Shown: piece by piece, positions 38,458 through 49,699 of the stretch
Numbering within the stretch: position 1 is the stretch's first letter
How the letters are laid out: every line of letters begins with the position of its first letter
Assembly (NCBI GenBank): GCA_002104905.1
Contig: MCFE01000096.1
Location: forward strand, 109,075 to 173,074
Direction of reading: 5' to 3'
Origin: Basidiobolus meristosporus CBS 931.73
Taxonomy: Eukaryota > Fungi > Basidiobolomycota
Length of the DNA: 64,000 nt
Program-made: the position numbers and the translations under genes
The notes under the pieces: model-generated
Databases searched by the model: none
Seen by the model: the letters and a program-made list of their open reading frames with translations, nothing else
Told to the model about the DNA's origin: nothing

Positions 38458-39504
38458 ATGACCATCTCTGCTCAAGCCGTCGTTCCGTCCAACGAAGCCA
38501 ACTCCGCCAAGACTCACGCTGAGTTCCGCAATCCAAAGTACATCCAGGGCTTCAATGCTCACCCAGAGTACAGAAATCTGTTGGATGCTGCGACCAAGCA
38601 CACGGATCTCACCCCGTCCATCGGGACTGAAATCGAAGGCTTGCAGCTGGCCAAGCTCTCGGATGCCCAGCTCGAGGACCTTCTCGCACTTGCTGCCAAG
38701 CGAGGGGTCGTGTTCTTCCGTGACCAGGAGTTCAGCCAGGACGACGAGATCGCCTTTGGCCGTAGATTGGGCGAGCTCCACATCCACCCATTCATCCCAG
38801 CCCCCAACTCCTACCCAGAGATTGTGATTCCGTCCGGAGCTGGAAAAGTGAATCATCAGGTGGAGTCCCTCTACCGCAGAGGATACTGGCACACCGACAT
38901 CTCATTCGAGGAGCGGCCCGCCTCCTACTCCATCCTCCAGCTGAAGCAAGTCCCCGAGGTTGGAGGGGACACCTTGTGGTCCAACTCCTACGCGCTCTAC
39001 GACAAACTGAGTCCCGAGTTCCGCGGGTTCCTCGAGGGGCTCACCGGGATCCACAGTGGAGAGGTGTTCATCAAGCTTGCCGAGCTCTCCGGAAAGCCAT
39101 TGACCCGAGAGATCCCTACGCACACCGAGCACCCAGTGGTCCGCACAAACCCACTGACCAACCAGAAGGGCTTGTTTGTGAATGCGGTGTTCACCAAGGC
39201 GATCAAAGGACTCTCCCCAGCAGAGTCTGATCTCTTGCTCGACTTCCTGGCCAACCATCTCCATCGCACCCACGAGGCCCAGGTCCGTTGGACATGGACA
39301 CCCAACTCGGTAGCCATCTGGGACAACCGCAGCACCCAGCACAATGCCACCTTCGACTACTACCCCTATCCAAGATACGGAGAGCGCATCACAGTCCTAG
39401 GTGAGAAGCCATACTTTGACCCCAGCAGCACCACCGAGGCCGAGGTCAAAGCACCCCAGGTGGAAGCGTTGTTGGAGAAGCTCAAGCTGGAGGAAAAGCA
39501 ATAG
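38458..39504 (+). CDS. TauD/TfdA-family alpha-ketoglutarate-dependent dioxygenase (Jlp1-like sulfonate dioxygenase), copy A
   Basis: LTPSIGTEIEGLQL, RGVVFFRDQ, WHTDISFE (HxD), HPVVRTNP, WDNRSTQH, R-terminal motif. Intronless. TATA-like TATTTATAA upstream. Confidence 0.93.
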   Translation: MTISAQAVVPSNEANSAKTHAEFRNPKYIQGFNAHPEYRNLLDAATKHTDLTPSIGTEIEGLQLAKLSDAQLEDLLALAAKRGVVFFRDQEFSQDDEIAFGRRLGELHIHPFIPAPNSYPEIVIPSGAGKVNHQVESLYRRGYWHTDISFEERPASYSILQLKQVPEVGGDTLWSNSYALYDKLSPEFRGFLEGLTGIHSGEVFIKLAELSGKPLTREIPTHTEHPVVRTNPLTNQKGLFVNAVFTKAIKGLSPAESDLLLDFLANHLHRTHEAQVRWTWTPNSVAIWDNRSTQHNATFDYYPYPRYGERITVLGEKPYFDPSSTTEAEVKAPQVEALLEKLKLEEKQ

Positions 39505-39893
39505 TGAAGATCTCAAGCTGTAATCACCGTACCACCCCGCTAACATCATCACATTCAATAAAGTCCTTATTATTATCATATTCAATGCATATATAATATT
39601 TTGTGAGAACAAGACCTTGAACCATAAAATTCAATTTCCTTCCATGGATCGGTTTTAGCTGCATCACATACATCAATATAAACAACGATTTACTTGTATT
39701 AAATTCCAATAACTATCTTTTATACAGTGAAGGTGTGGCTATTTTTTCCGCAACATCCCATTTCATGACACCGTAAGAATAAGAATTAATGTGAGTTATA
39801 TTGTTACCGTGATAGTATATGATAGCAATAATGACTTTATTAAATGTGATGATGTTAGCGGGGTGGTACGGTGATTACAGCTTGAGATCTTCA

Positions 39894-40940
39894 CTATTGC
39901 TTTTCCTCCAGCTTGAGCTTCTCCAACAACGCTTCCACCTGGGGTGCTTTGACCTCGGCCTCGGTGGTGCTGCTGGGGTCAAAGTATGGCTTCTCACCTA
40001 GGACTGTGATGCGCTCTCCGTATCTTGGATAGGGGTAGTAGTCGAAGGTGGCATTGTGCTGGGTGCTGCGGTTGTCCCAGATGGCTACCGAGTTGGGTGT
40101 CCATGTCCAACGGACCTGGGCCTCGTGGGTGCGATGGAGATGGTTGGCCAGGAAGTCGAGCAAGAGATCAGACTCTGCTGGGGAGAGTCCTTTGATCGCC
40201 TTGGTGAACACCGCATTCACAAACAAGCCCTTCTGGTTGGTCAGTGGGTTTGTGCGGACCACTGGGTGCTCGGTGTGCGTAGGGATCTCTCGGGTCAATG
40301 GCTTTCCGGAGAGCTCGGCAAGCTTGATGAACACCTCTCCACTGTGGATCCCGGTGAGCCCCTCGAGGAACCCGCGGAACTCGGGACTCAGTTTGTCGTA
40401 GAGCGCGTAGGAGTTGGACCACAAGGTGTCCCCTCCAACCTCGGGGACTTGCTTCAGCTGGAGGATGGAGTAGGAGGCGGGCCGCTCCTCGAATGAGATG
40501 TCGGTGTGCCAGTATCCTCTGCGGTAGAGGGACTCCACCTGATGATTCACTTTTCCAGCTCCGGACGGAATCACAATCTCTGGGTAGGAGTTGGGGGCTG
40601 GGATGAATGGGTGGATGTGGAGCTCGCCCAATCTACGGCCAAAGGCGATCTCGTCGTCCTGGCTGAACTCCTGGTCACGGAAGAACACGACCCCTCGCTT
40701 GGCAGCAAGTGCGAGAAGGTCCTCGAGCTGGGCATCCGAGAGCTTGGCCAGCTGCAAGCCTTCGATTTCAGTCCCGATGGACGGGGTGAGATCCGTGTGC
40801 TTGGTCGCAGCATCCAACAGATTTCTGTACTCTGGGTGAGCATTGAAGCCCTGGATGTACTTTGGATTGCGGAACTCAGCGTGAGTCTTGGCGGAGTTGG
40901 CTTCGTTGGACGGAGCGACGGCTTGAGCAGAGATGGTCAT
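39894..40940 (-). CDS. TauD/TfdA-family dioxygenase, copy B
   Basis: 348 aa, identical to copy A except V9/A9. Confidence 0.93.
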   Translation of the reverse strand: MTISAQAVAPSNEANSAKTHAEFRNPKYIQGFNAHPEYRNLLDAATKHTDLTPSIGTEIEGLQLAKLSDAQLEDLLALAAKRGVVFFRDQEFSQDDEIAFGRRLGELHIHPFIPAPNSYPEIVIPSGAGKVNHQVESLYRRGYWHTDISFEERPASYSILQLKQVPEVGGDTLWSNSYALYDKLSPEFRGFLEGLTGIHSGEVFIKLAELSGKPLTREIPTHTEHPVVRTNPLTNQKGLFVNAVFTKAIKGLSPAESDLLLDFLANHLHRTHEAQVRWTWTPNSVAIWDNRSTQHNATFDYYPYPRYGERITVLGEKPYFDPSSTTEAEVKAPQVEALLEKLKLEEKQ

Positions 40941-41194
40941 GTCGATGGAGTGGAGCTGTTTGGTGTTGTAGCGTTGGGGATGCTGATCATGTGCTTATAA
41001 ACAGATGGGTGTGGAGGCAGGATGGCTGTCGCCATTATTCGGAATCCTTTCACAATTGCACCCACCTGTCACATCATTTGGTACTCATCTCGATGGTAAC
41101 AAAGGATCCGGGTGATGGTAACAAATTAACGGTAGTAAAATGAGAAAGATGGGTTAGGGTTGGTAAAATTAGGAGGTTGCTAACAATAGTTTAG

Positions 41195-42501
41195 GTGATA
41201 TCTTGCCAACAAGCTGCTATAACTTATAATGGTTATCATCTTTGTCTTGTGGATATAAAGAGCAAAAATTGGCATATTGCTGACAATGTTGTATATGTAG
41301 CAACCAACTTGGAGGGTATAGAGGCCGTTATTCCAGAGCGACTATATCCGAAAGTTCTGGCTCCCAGTTTTGGAACACGCGTCGTTGCTTCTATTCATCG
41401 CCAAAGTATCCGCTTGCTTGGCTGTATGAACAGGAAAAGCTCGGAACAATGATACCGTCAATCACCAAACCTGACGAATCACCGTTTGAAGAGTTAGGAT
41501 CATTTATGCTCTATTTGTGGTGACATATTGTTCATTAAAGTGCCTGGATACTGGTATTATTGAAGAGTGTGAAGACTTCATGGAACCTCTAGCATCAGTA
41601 AGGCTGCTTAACAAGTTATCTTTGCCTCAATATCTACGCCAAGCCCCACATTTCCATAATTATTCTCTAGTGGAAGCGGAGGTTCTTCTGATATTTCTAG
41701 CCTCATTGTGCAACAACAAGGACGAATGTCAAGAGCTACTGCTATCCAAAGAACCCGATAAATCCAGATAACACCGTTCGTCCCATGTGTGGGAATGAGT
41801 TTCTTAAGCAGTGACGTTAACTCACCCCCACTGCCTGGTGACTTGTCTAAAGCAATCCAAGAAACAGTAACAGAGGTTCTCGATTTTGTAAATGAACCAT
41901 TTCTCCGCTCGCCTCCGATATGGCAACATCAAGTATTGAAGGTGAACAGTATTAAGCAGGAGTCGATTGTGACTGGATTGAGCATATCCGATGAAGAAAC
42001 GGAGCAAGACTCCTATGCATGCGTCTTGTGGAAGCGCAATCTAACTGACCACGCGGAAATTGCAAGTCACATCCAAACGGTCGCTGGGTGTAAAAAGGAT
42101 GTTGCAGCTCGGATAATCAACACCACAGAGACTCGGGCAATGGATTCATGCGATCGTCTGGGATTTCTATTCATTAAACATGCTTCATACTGTTGAAGGG
42201 AAGAGCTATCGTTACGTCATCCGCCGACTTGGGGTATCTTATCAGTATATCCGCTATTACCGGAAGAAGTAAAAAACTGTTTACGAGAACTTTACAACTG
42301 CATCTTTGCAAATTTTCCGCACAGAAGGAAATCATCTACAGGTGTCTTCGTCCATGCGTTGAACCAGTGGTAATGATTCCATTAGACTCTAGATATACAG
42401 CCTTATACACAAAGTTTACTGGGGTGTTGGCAATGGATGTCCCAGCAGTTCCCGCAGCACATGACCAAGAGTACGACTTCTTAGCAGTAACTCTGTGTTG
42501 A
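41195..42501 (+). pseudogene. Chain of broken same-strand ORFs, possible pseudogene of unknown family
   Basis: ORFs 41195-41452, 41517-41771, 41789-42196 and 42193-42501 abut in shifting frames with protein-like composition. No recognisable motif. Confidence 0.35.
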
Positions 42502-42747
42502 TTGCGCTCCTATTCACCCATCCTCTAGGAGATGTATGTTGCTTGTTTGTACACTGGAAATTGGTGATACATGTAACGAGAATCTCTTCAGATAACCATA
42601 AAAATGAAACTTCGGTATTTTCCGAATAGCCATGATAACGAGGCTTGAATATTTCTTTATTGGCGTTTTCTAAACAACACCAATTACAAAAATTGCCAAG
42701 TATCATGCTTTAGAAAGATAAACCATGTTGATTTTGATGATTGATGG

Positions 42748-43045
42748 TGTTGTATCTTTTGTATTTTCATCCAAGTATTCATATCAACTTGGTCACTTTT
42801 ACTCTTTGCCAAGATTTACTTTAAATGTTTTCCCAAAAACGTCAAGTACCCAGAACATAGAAATTTGAAAAGTTGTCTAAAAGCCCCCAAATTTTGCACA
42901 TGTGTTCTTACGTTATATACGTAGTTATTTTGCGAAGACCATGTAGAAGCTTAAATATCACTTTACATACAATAAGCCATTAAGCGAAAGCCACAATCTA
43001 CTTGTCCTCCCAATCGCTTCCAATATCTCCAAGACTATCACAACC
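42748..43045 (+). repeat. Diverged solo copia LTR with degenerate 5-bp TSD (GATGG/GATAG)
   Basis: TGTTGTATC...AAGTACCCAGAACAT...TTTGCACATGTGTTCTT...CCAATATCTCCAAGACT...CAACC aligns to the family LTR. Confidence 0.75.
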
Positions 43046-43766
43046 GATAGGAGCTGTTATCATTGCCAGCATATGCTTGGAATGCTTCAGTAAGGGTGTC
43101 ATATATATATCATTTCTTTGCAATCTAATGCTCATTACTATTTTGAAGTACCAGTAGCCAGAGGAGTTCCTAGTTGCTTATTACACTGAATAGAGATTCT
43201 AAAAGACTTATATAATAATTAATATTCACTTGAAATGATTCAAGTTGCCCAAAAACTGCCACTTTAGAGGCGCTTTTTCTTCGATAAATTATGTTACTTT
43301 AAAATCAGGGTCTCACCTTCCCTTACCTCCACGTCCATGTAGATCGAATTTGAATACCACCAAGCATTTAATCTTGACAATCTATACCAATTGCAAGTAT
43401 CCGTTATAACCAGGATACATTATGCACTCAGCAATTTTTTGCTTCAATCCGGCTAAAAAGTATTCAAAAAGGAAATATACCTACTGCTTAAGTGTAGCCT
43501 ATGTAAGGACTATCAAATATTTGGTGCATTTTCACCATGTAACTTCATATTTTACATGCGTTGTGTAGACTTCTCGGCCCCATATATTGCTGAGCAAAAC
43601 TCATTGAACTGCCACAAATACTTCTTATCAAGTATATCCGACCAGTGTTCACCTAACCGATAAGCAGAGAAATGCACAGGGGGGTGATTGTAATCCCTGT
43701 TTCGCCTAGATACTGAACATGTGCGTGGCTTTCCAACAGCATGGTTGCAGGTGTTGGAGCCCTCGC

Positions 43767-44188
43767 AACAACAATCGGTAACAGATTAGTCTTAATTAGA
43801 ATTGCCACGTCTATAGCCAGGGTATGACCGGAGTGATATATATAGTAGCGCATGGTAGAGACCAAGTGTTAAAACAACAAAGACAAAAATTTCCCATCTG
43901 GAGCCCAATAACAACAATTGATAACAGATTGGTCTTAATTAGAATTGCCACATTCATAGCCAGGGTATGACCGGAGTGATATATATTTATAGTAGCGCAT
44001 GGTAGAGACTAAGTGCTAAAACAACAAAGACAAAAATTTCCCATCTGAAGTCCAATAACAACAAACAACAGATTAGTCTTGATTAGGATGACCGCGGCCA
44101 TAGTCTGGGTATGATCGAAGGGACATATTTGGTGTAGTGTATGGCAGAGGCTAAGCGCTAAAACAACAAAGACAAAATTTCTCATCTT
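43767..44188. repeat. About 143-bp tandem repeat, 3 copies
   Basis: ACAGATT(A/G)GTCTT...GGGTATGA...AAAACAACAAAGACAAAA begins at 43781, 43924 and 44068. Confidence 0.9.
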
Positions 44189-44513
44189 TTATCTAATCTA
44201 TTTCCTAAATTCCCCAAGCCACCATACTAGCGACTAGACTTTTTTGGAGCCCAAGTGACGAATAGATTCACTTGACTGGGTGCTCTTTGGTCTCTCACTG
44301 GTTGATTGGTAGCGCTTGCAATGCAGACCAGGGGTTGGATGTAACAGTCGGGGTAAATCTGAGATTCGACACCAGAGTTACTTCATTGGGACTAGATCAG
44401 AACTGCTGGCATTTGATACAGAAATTACTTGATTGGGAATAGATACAAGAATTACTTTATTAGGAGTAGATATGATTCAAGAGGCTAGACATAATATGTA
44501 ACAGCGAATGCCA

Positions 44514-46039
44514 CTAGATTTCTCGGATATTGGACCCGCCAATGTTTCCCTTATCTCTGGCAGTAAGTTCTTCAATACTCTGGCACTTGGTTTCATGAAC
44601 GAAGAAGAGAATACCAAAGAAGCCGGCCAAACAGCAGCCCATGAAGATGAGGAAGGTATACCCATGGATAGCACGTGAAACAGTGGGGAAGAAGAGGCCA
44701 ATAATGAAGTTGGATAGCCAGTTGAAGGCCAGAGCTGTGCCGGAAGTAACAGACACGGCATTGGTGGGCATCAGCTCGGTCATGATAAGGAAGATAATGG
44801 GCCCGAGACCGACGGCAAAGAATGCAACGAAGATCAAGATGGAGGTGACGGTCAATGCAGTGTTGTTGATTTCCAGCCCAATGCACATGAGAACACAGAA
44901 GATAGCTGAACCACCGCTTGAAACGAGTAGAAGGAACTTTCTTCCCACGCGATCAATCAAAAGAATTGAGATAATACTCATGAACACGTTGAGTCCACCA
45001 AGCCCGAGTGTGACATACTTGGCCTTTTCCCCGTAACTGTGCCTGAAGATGGATGTCGAGTAGTACATGATCCCATTGATACCTGACCATTGTTGGAGGG
45101 CTCCAAGACCGACGCAGACCAAAAAGTTCGTTCTGCAGTGCGGATCCCGAATGATTTCCATCAGGCCTAAGTTACGGCCGGATCCTTTAGCCTCCTCACG
45201 TGCCTTGACAATCTGCTGGAATTCAACCTCAACATCGCAGTTATTTCGCAGCTTGAGTAACACGGCCTTGGCCTCCTCCACACGTCCCTTGGAAACCAGG
45301 TAACGGGGGGTCTCTACGCACAGGGGGATCAGGAGCATCTGGACTATGCTGAATGCGCCAGGCAAACTAAGGAGCACTCTCCAGCCTATTGGGGTAGACA
45401 TCCCCAGACTCATGCTTTCCACAACAAGCATTCCGATGGTAGTCAAGCCTTGATTGAAGGCTCCATAGGTGCCGCGGGTCTTGATTGGCGAGATCTCTCC
45501 GATATAGGTTGGCGCTACGACCGTCCCAAAACCGCACCCAAATCCGATAAACCCACGACCGCAGATCCACATTCCCGGATTGATGGAGCAACTGATTAGG
45601 ATACCACCGAGTATCAGGAAGAAGTTGTTGACCATCATTGCTTGTCGACGTCCAAGCTTCTCCTGAGCGTAACTCCCGAGGAAACTACCAAAAAATGCGC
45701 CGAATGCATGATTCCCCACAGCAAAGCCCCATAACCAGGAGTTCATGTCAAAGCAGTAAGGGAATCTGCCGTCCAGCTTCTTATCAAAGTCAGCGCAATT
45801 GTGTATGGCGCTACCAGCTACGGTGGATGTTAGGAGATGGCTCACACAGAGGAGAGAGGGAAAGACTACTTACAGATATTGGCAGCAGCTACATTATAAC
45901 CAGCGGTGTATCGTACAATACATGCGGTGACTACACAAAAGGTGGTGTATAACGGAAAGGTAGTATTCCGCGAGTCGTTCATGAGCGACCTTTCATTGGG
46001 CTCCAGCTGAGCCAGCTTGTTACTCTTTTGGTCATCCAT
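44514..46039 (-). CDS. MFS sugar porter (GLUT-like), 2 exons
   Basis: GYN in TM1, KLGRR, YIGEISP...RG, ETPRYL, QQWSGIN...YYS, DRVGRK, FAVGLGP...ELMP, HETK. Intron 45818-45873. Confidence 0.93.
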
Positions 46040-46928
46040 TCTGCAGAGATCAAGGTGCAAGACAACCAACCTTGACCTTGGTATTTATTGGCATCGGGCC
46101 ATCTTATCATCACCAAACTGGGGAACTTCCTCACATGGGCCTTTAAACTGCTCTGGCTCAATGTTCAGCCATTTCCCAACAAGTGAAGGATCTGGTGACT
46201 GCTAGATTTTCTCTTTCTGGGTGGATTTTTAATACATTACTTGTTGGGGTTGTGCTAGACTCATGTGCGCCGTCCAGACACATTTGACCCAAGCAAATCA
46301 TCTAGACTGACCCAAGTACGATCGTCGTTTCTCTGCGCTGACCTAAGCACAGGTAATATGGCGATGAAATGGCTATTGCTCTTCCTCTTTATATGGCGGC
46401 TGGAGGCTACTCCATTGATTCTCGTCGATAATAAATATGCGAAATTATTTACCATTCTTGCCAATAATAAACATGCAAAACTCCTTCCATGAATCAATGA
46501 TCACTTTCAGTTAAATCATTTATAGAGATCCACTTCTTTGGAGGTCCATATACATGGCCAACCAGCACTTCCATGAGAATTTGAAAGATATTCCTGTATT
46601 TCTGCTCTGGAGATTGGAAATGATGAATATTGACTTATGCTAGATTATTTTATTGCGATTTTGTGATTACTTTCGATCATACAAGTCCCCACAATTTCTT
46701 GATTACCCTGGCTGCTCATACTTACTATCGCATCTGAAATGCAAATAAACCCAACTGTGACATTGCAAGCTATCAAAGCTGAGAGGGTTTATAGCAGTCA
46801 AAGGAACGATAAAAGAGGGCGGTAAGACCTGGACTTTTTCATTTACATGTTGATGGTATTTCACTGTGATGGTAATGTATGACTATTACCACCTTTGGAG
46901 GCACCAATAGCCCGCTGTTAGGTGTTGT

Positions 46929-47900
46929 TGTTGTAAAAATTCACCTAACTTAGTCACTTAGATCATTGACTACAAAGCATAAAGAATTCTGAGCAAACTC
47001 CTTGTTGGGATTTACTTGGAATAATCTTGCCAAAACATAAGGTACTCAGAGCATAAATTTAGTAACATTGTCCAAGCTACCCCAACCTTTGCACACATGC
47101 TCTTGAGACCTTTCTGAATGTATTCTACAGGTGTGGTTCTCCAAGATCATATAAAAATATAATATACAACTTTACATTTAACAAATCATCAAGTGGAAAC
47201 CACCTAATCCACTTGTTTTCAAATCACTTCCAGTATTTCCAAGACTCTTACAAGAGGTTGTGAGCCCCAAGCTGCCACTCTCTGCAATGTCTTCTATTAC
47301 TAATACTGGATTTTTTGCTCTGTTGAAAAGCTGATGGATATAACTACCAGGTATGGAAGGTGAAGATGAAGATGCTACTATTGGAAAGCAACCTTTGGGA
47401 TATTGTTATGGGAGCAAAATGTCCTCCTAATGATGCAGGAGGGGAAGTTGTAAAGTACCAGACAAAAGAGCAAAGTGCTTTTAACTGCATCTGCTACAAT
47501 GCTAAAGACAAGTTACTAATTCAATGCTCAAGAGCAAAAATGGCACAGAAAGCCCGGAAGGCACTGAAAGACACATACCAGTCATGTGTGGCTGTTACAA
47601 AAAAGCATTTTAGATGAAATATCTTTACTACAAAGATGATCCCAGGAGAATAATGAAAAATTTAATCAACAAAATTACCATGCTGGTCTATGCAATGGAA
47701 TCTCAGGGCATAGAAGCTACTGGTGGTGATGTGATATTTACCATCTTGAATAGCCTGAAAGACATATCTCAGGGCTTTGTATCAGCCCTAGAGTCCAGAA
47801 CTGAAAATTTGACCTCAAGTTACATATATGGAAGGGTCCTGGATGAGGAATTAAGAAAATCTAGTGAAAATCAGAAGGAAGGGGAAAATATTTCAATATG
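46929..47900 (+). mobile_element. Degenerate copia 5' LTR (46929-47255), PBS and gag fragment
   Basis: LTR followed by GGTTGTGAGCCCC. Gag pieces WKVKMKMLL...WDIV and FVSALESRTE. Confidence 0.85.
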
Positions 47901-48126
47901 TTATAATTATGAAGTTGTTAGCTAAGTATTTATGATACTTAGGCACATAGACTCTGTTCTGTGATTTGCACTTTACCCTGACCAAATTTCTTGTTGGGAT
48001 TTACTAGGAACATTTTCACCAAATTATCAGGTACCCAGATTTTGACCCTTCTTGGAGTTGTCAAAAAGACCTCAAGCTTTGCACACATCTTGGGACCTTT
48101 CTTAACAAACTCTACATGCTTGTTTG

Positions 48127-48475
48127 TGCTGTAAGAGTCTTGGAGATACTGCAAGTGATTGGGAGAACAAGTGTATTATGTGGTTTTCATTTAATGATTT
48201 ATTGAATATAAAAGTAGTATTTATACTTTCACCTGGTCTTGGTATAGCAAACACACAGGATAGATTAAGGAAGGTCCCAAAAACATGTGTGCAAAGTTTA
48301 GGGCTGTTTGGACAACTTTGAGAATTTTCATTTTCTGGGTACTTGGTATCTTGGTGAAAATATTCTAAGTAAATCCCAACAACAAATTTGGTCAGTTTTC
48401 TCTAGGCTTTGAAGGTGATGATCTAAGTGACTATGTTAGGTGAATATTTAGGTGGAAATACAAATTTTTACAATA
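48127..48475 (-). repeat. Solo copia LTR with perfect TSD GTTTG
   Basis: 349 bp reverse complement of the family LTR. GTTTG at 48122-48126 and 48476-48480. Confidence 0.9.
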
Positions 48476-49105
48476 GTTTGCTCTACTTTATCAGCAGCAT
48501 AAATACTCTTGATCAAAATATCTACAACTGAATAACAGGTAACTCCTCCAGCTCTCCACATCATTTCTAATACTCCTCAAGATATCAAAGCACAATAATC
48601 AATGATGATCACTATAGCAGGTACCCAAGACCTTTAAGAGTCAAGAGCAACCTTTTTCTGCAGCTACTGCAAAAGGAACGGACACACATCAGCCAGGTGC
48701 TTCAAAGGGAGAAATAATCAGCAGAAAAGCCTGATTACAGAAATACATCAATAACTGAAGATTGACTGATCATAGCTGCACTAATTATGACTACAAACAA
48801 GGATTCTCAGATGTGGCATACTGACTCTTGAGCATCTCAACACTCTATACACTAAAAAGAGCTCTTACCTATTATCAAAAATTTCCAATTAAGAAGGATT
48901 GATGGGTGACAATAGAACACTTATTACAGTTGGACAGGGCACTATCCAAATGGGCCTCAGAAGTAGTGGAGGAAGCACCACCAATCTCCAAAGAGATTCT
49001 CTATGTACTAGGAAAAGCCACCAACCTACTATCTGTTAGCAAGGCCACAGCAGAGGGAGTTAGTTTCAATTTTGAAAATCCTTGATGCTGGATCACTGAC
49101 CAAGA

Positions 49106-49453
49106 TGGTGTAAGGATTTGTAAACACCAAAACATTCCCCTGGCTTAGTCACTTGAATCTTTACATATAAATTGTAGAGAATGCTGACTAGAATTCCTGT
49201 TGGGTTTTACTTATGGTATTGTTGCCAAGACATCAGGCACCCAGAACATGAAATATTGAATAGTTGCCCAAACAGCCCCAAACTTTGTACACATGCTCTT
49301 GAGATTGTACTAAGTATATTCTATAGGTTCTCATTTCCAATATCATATAGAAATTTCTACTTTAACTTTGCATTTGATAAATCATTAAGTGAAAACAACA
49401 AGATCAACTTGTTCTCCCAATCACTTCCAATATCTTCAAGCACCTTTACAACA
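49106..49453 (+). repeat. Solo copia LTR with near-perfect TSD (CAAGA/CAAAA) inside an older copia pol fragment
   Basis: The flanks rejoin to the same pol sequence seen at 51890-51930 (GATCACTGA..CAAAAT..CCATAT). Confidence 0.75.
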
Positions 49454-49699
49454 CAAAATTGTGTCCATATCACTTTGGGTATCAGAGATCAGAATCCATA
49501 CAAGTTAACTTATATTCCACCTGATGGTTAAGCCTATAGAGTAAATCATATGAAGTAACATCAAAACTTTGGCACAGAGAACTTGATCATGCCAACGCTG
49601 ATTATTTAAGTAAGGTGATAAAAAATCAGCTAATTTCTATAACAATAGTTGATCCCCCAGCTAATTTGGATCACTGTGAAGCCTGCATATAGGGGAAAT

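Larger units (their letters stand above)
38272..41125. repeat. Large inverted repeat: arms about 38272-39581 and 39817-41125, spacer about 235 bp
   Basis: The arms are reverse complements with only a few differences (e.g. GTT/GCT at codon 9, C5 vs C4 upstream). The mirrored ORF track confirms it. Confidence 0.97.

Noticed and set aside
43767-44188. Possible CRISPR-like or spacer-containing array
   Set aside because: Whole units are homologous with no unique spacers, and the context is eukaryotic.
44292-44380. tRNA-like A-box (TGGTTGATTGGTAGCGC) and B-box (GATTCGACACC)
   Set aside because: Acceptor and T stems do not pair, so no cloverleaf could be built. At most a decayed pseudo-tRNA.
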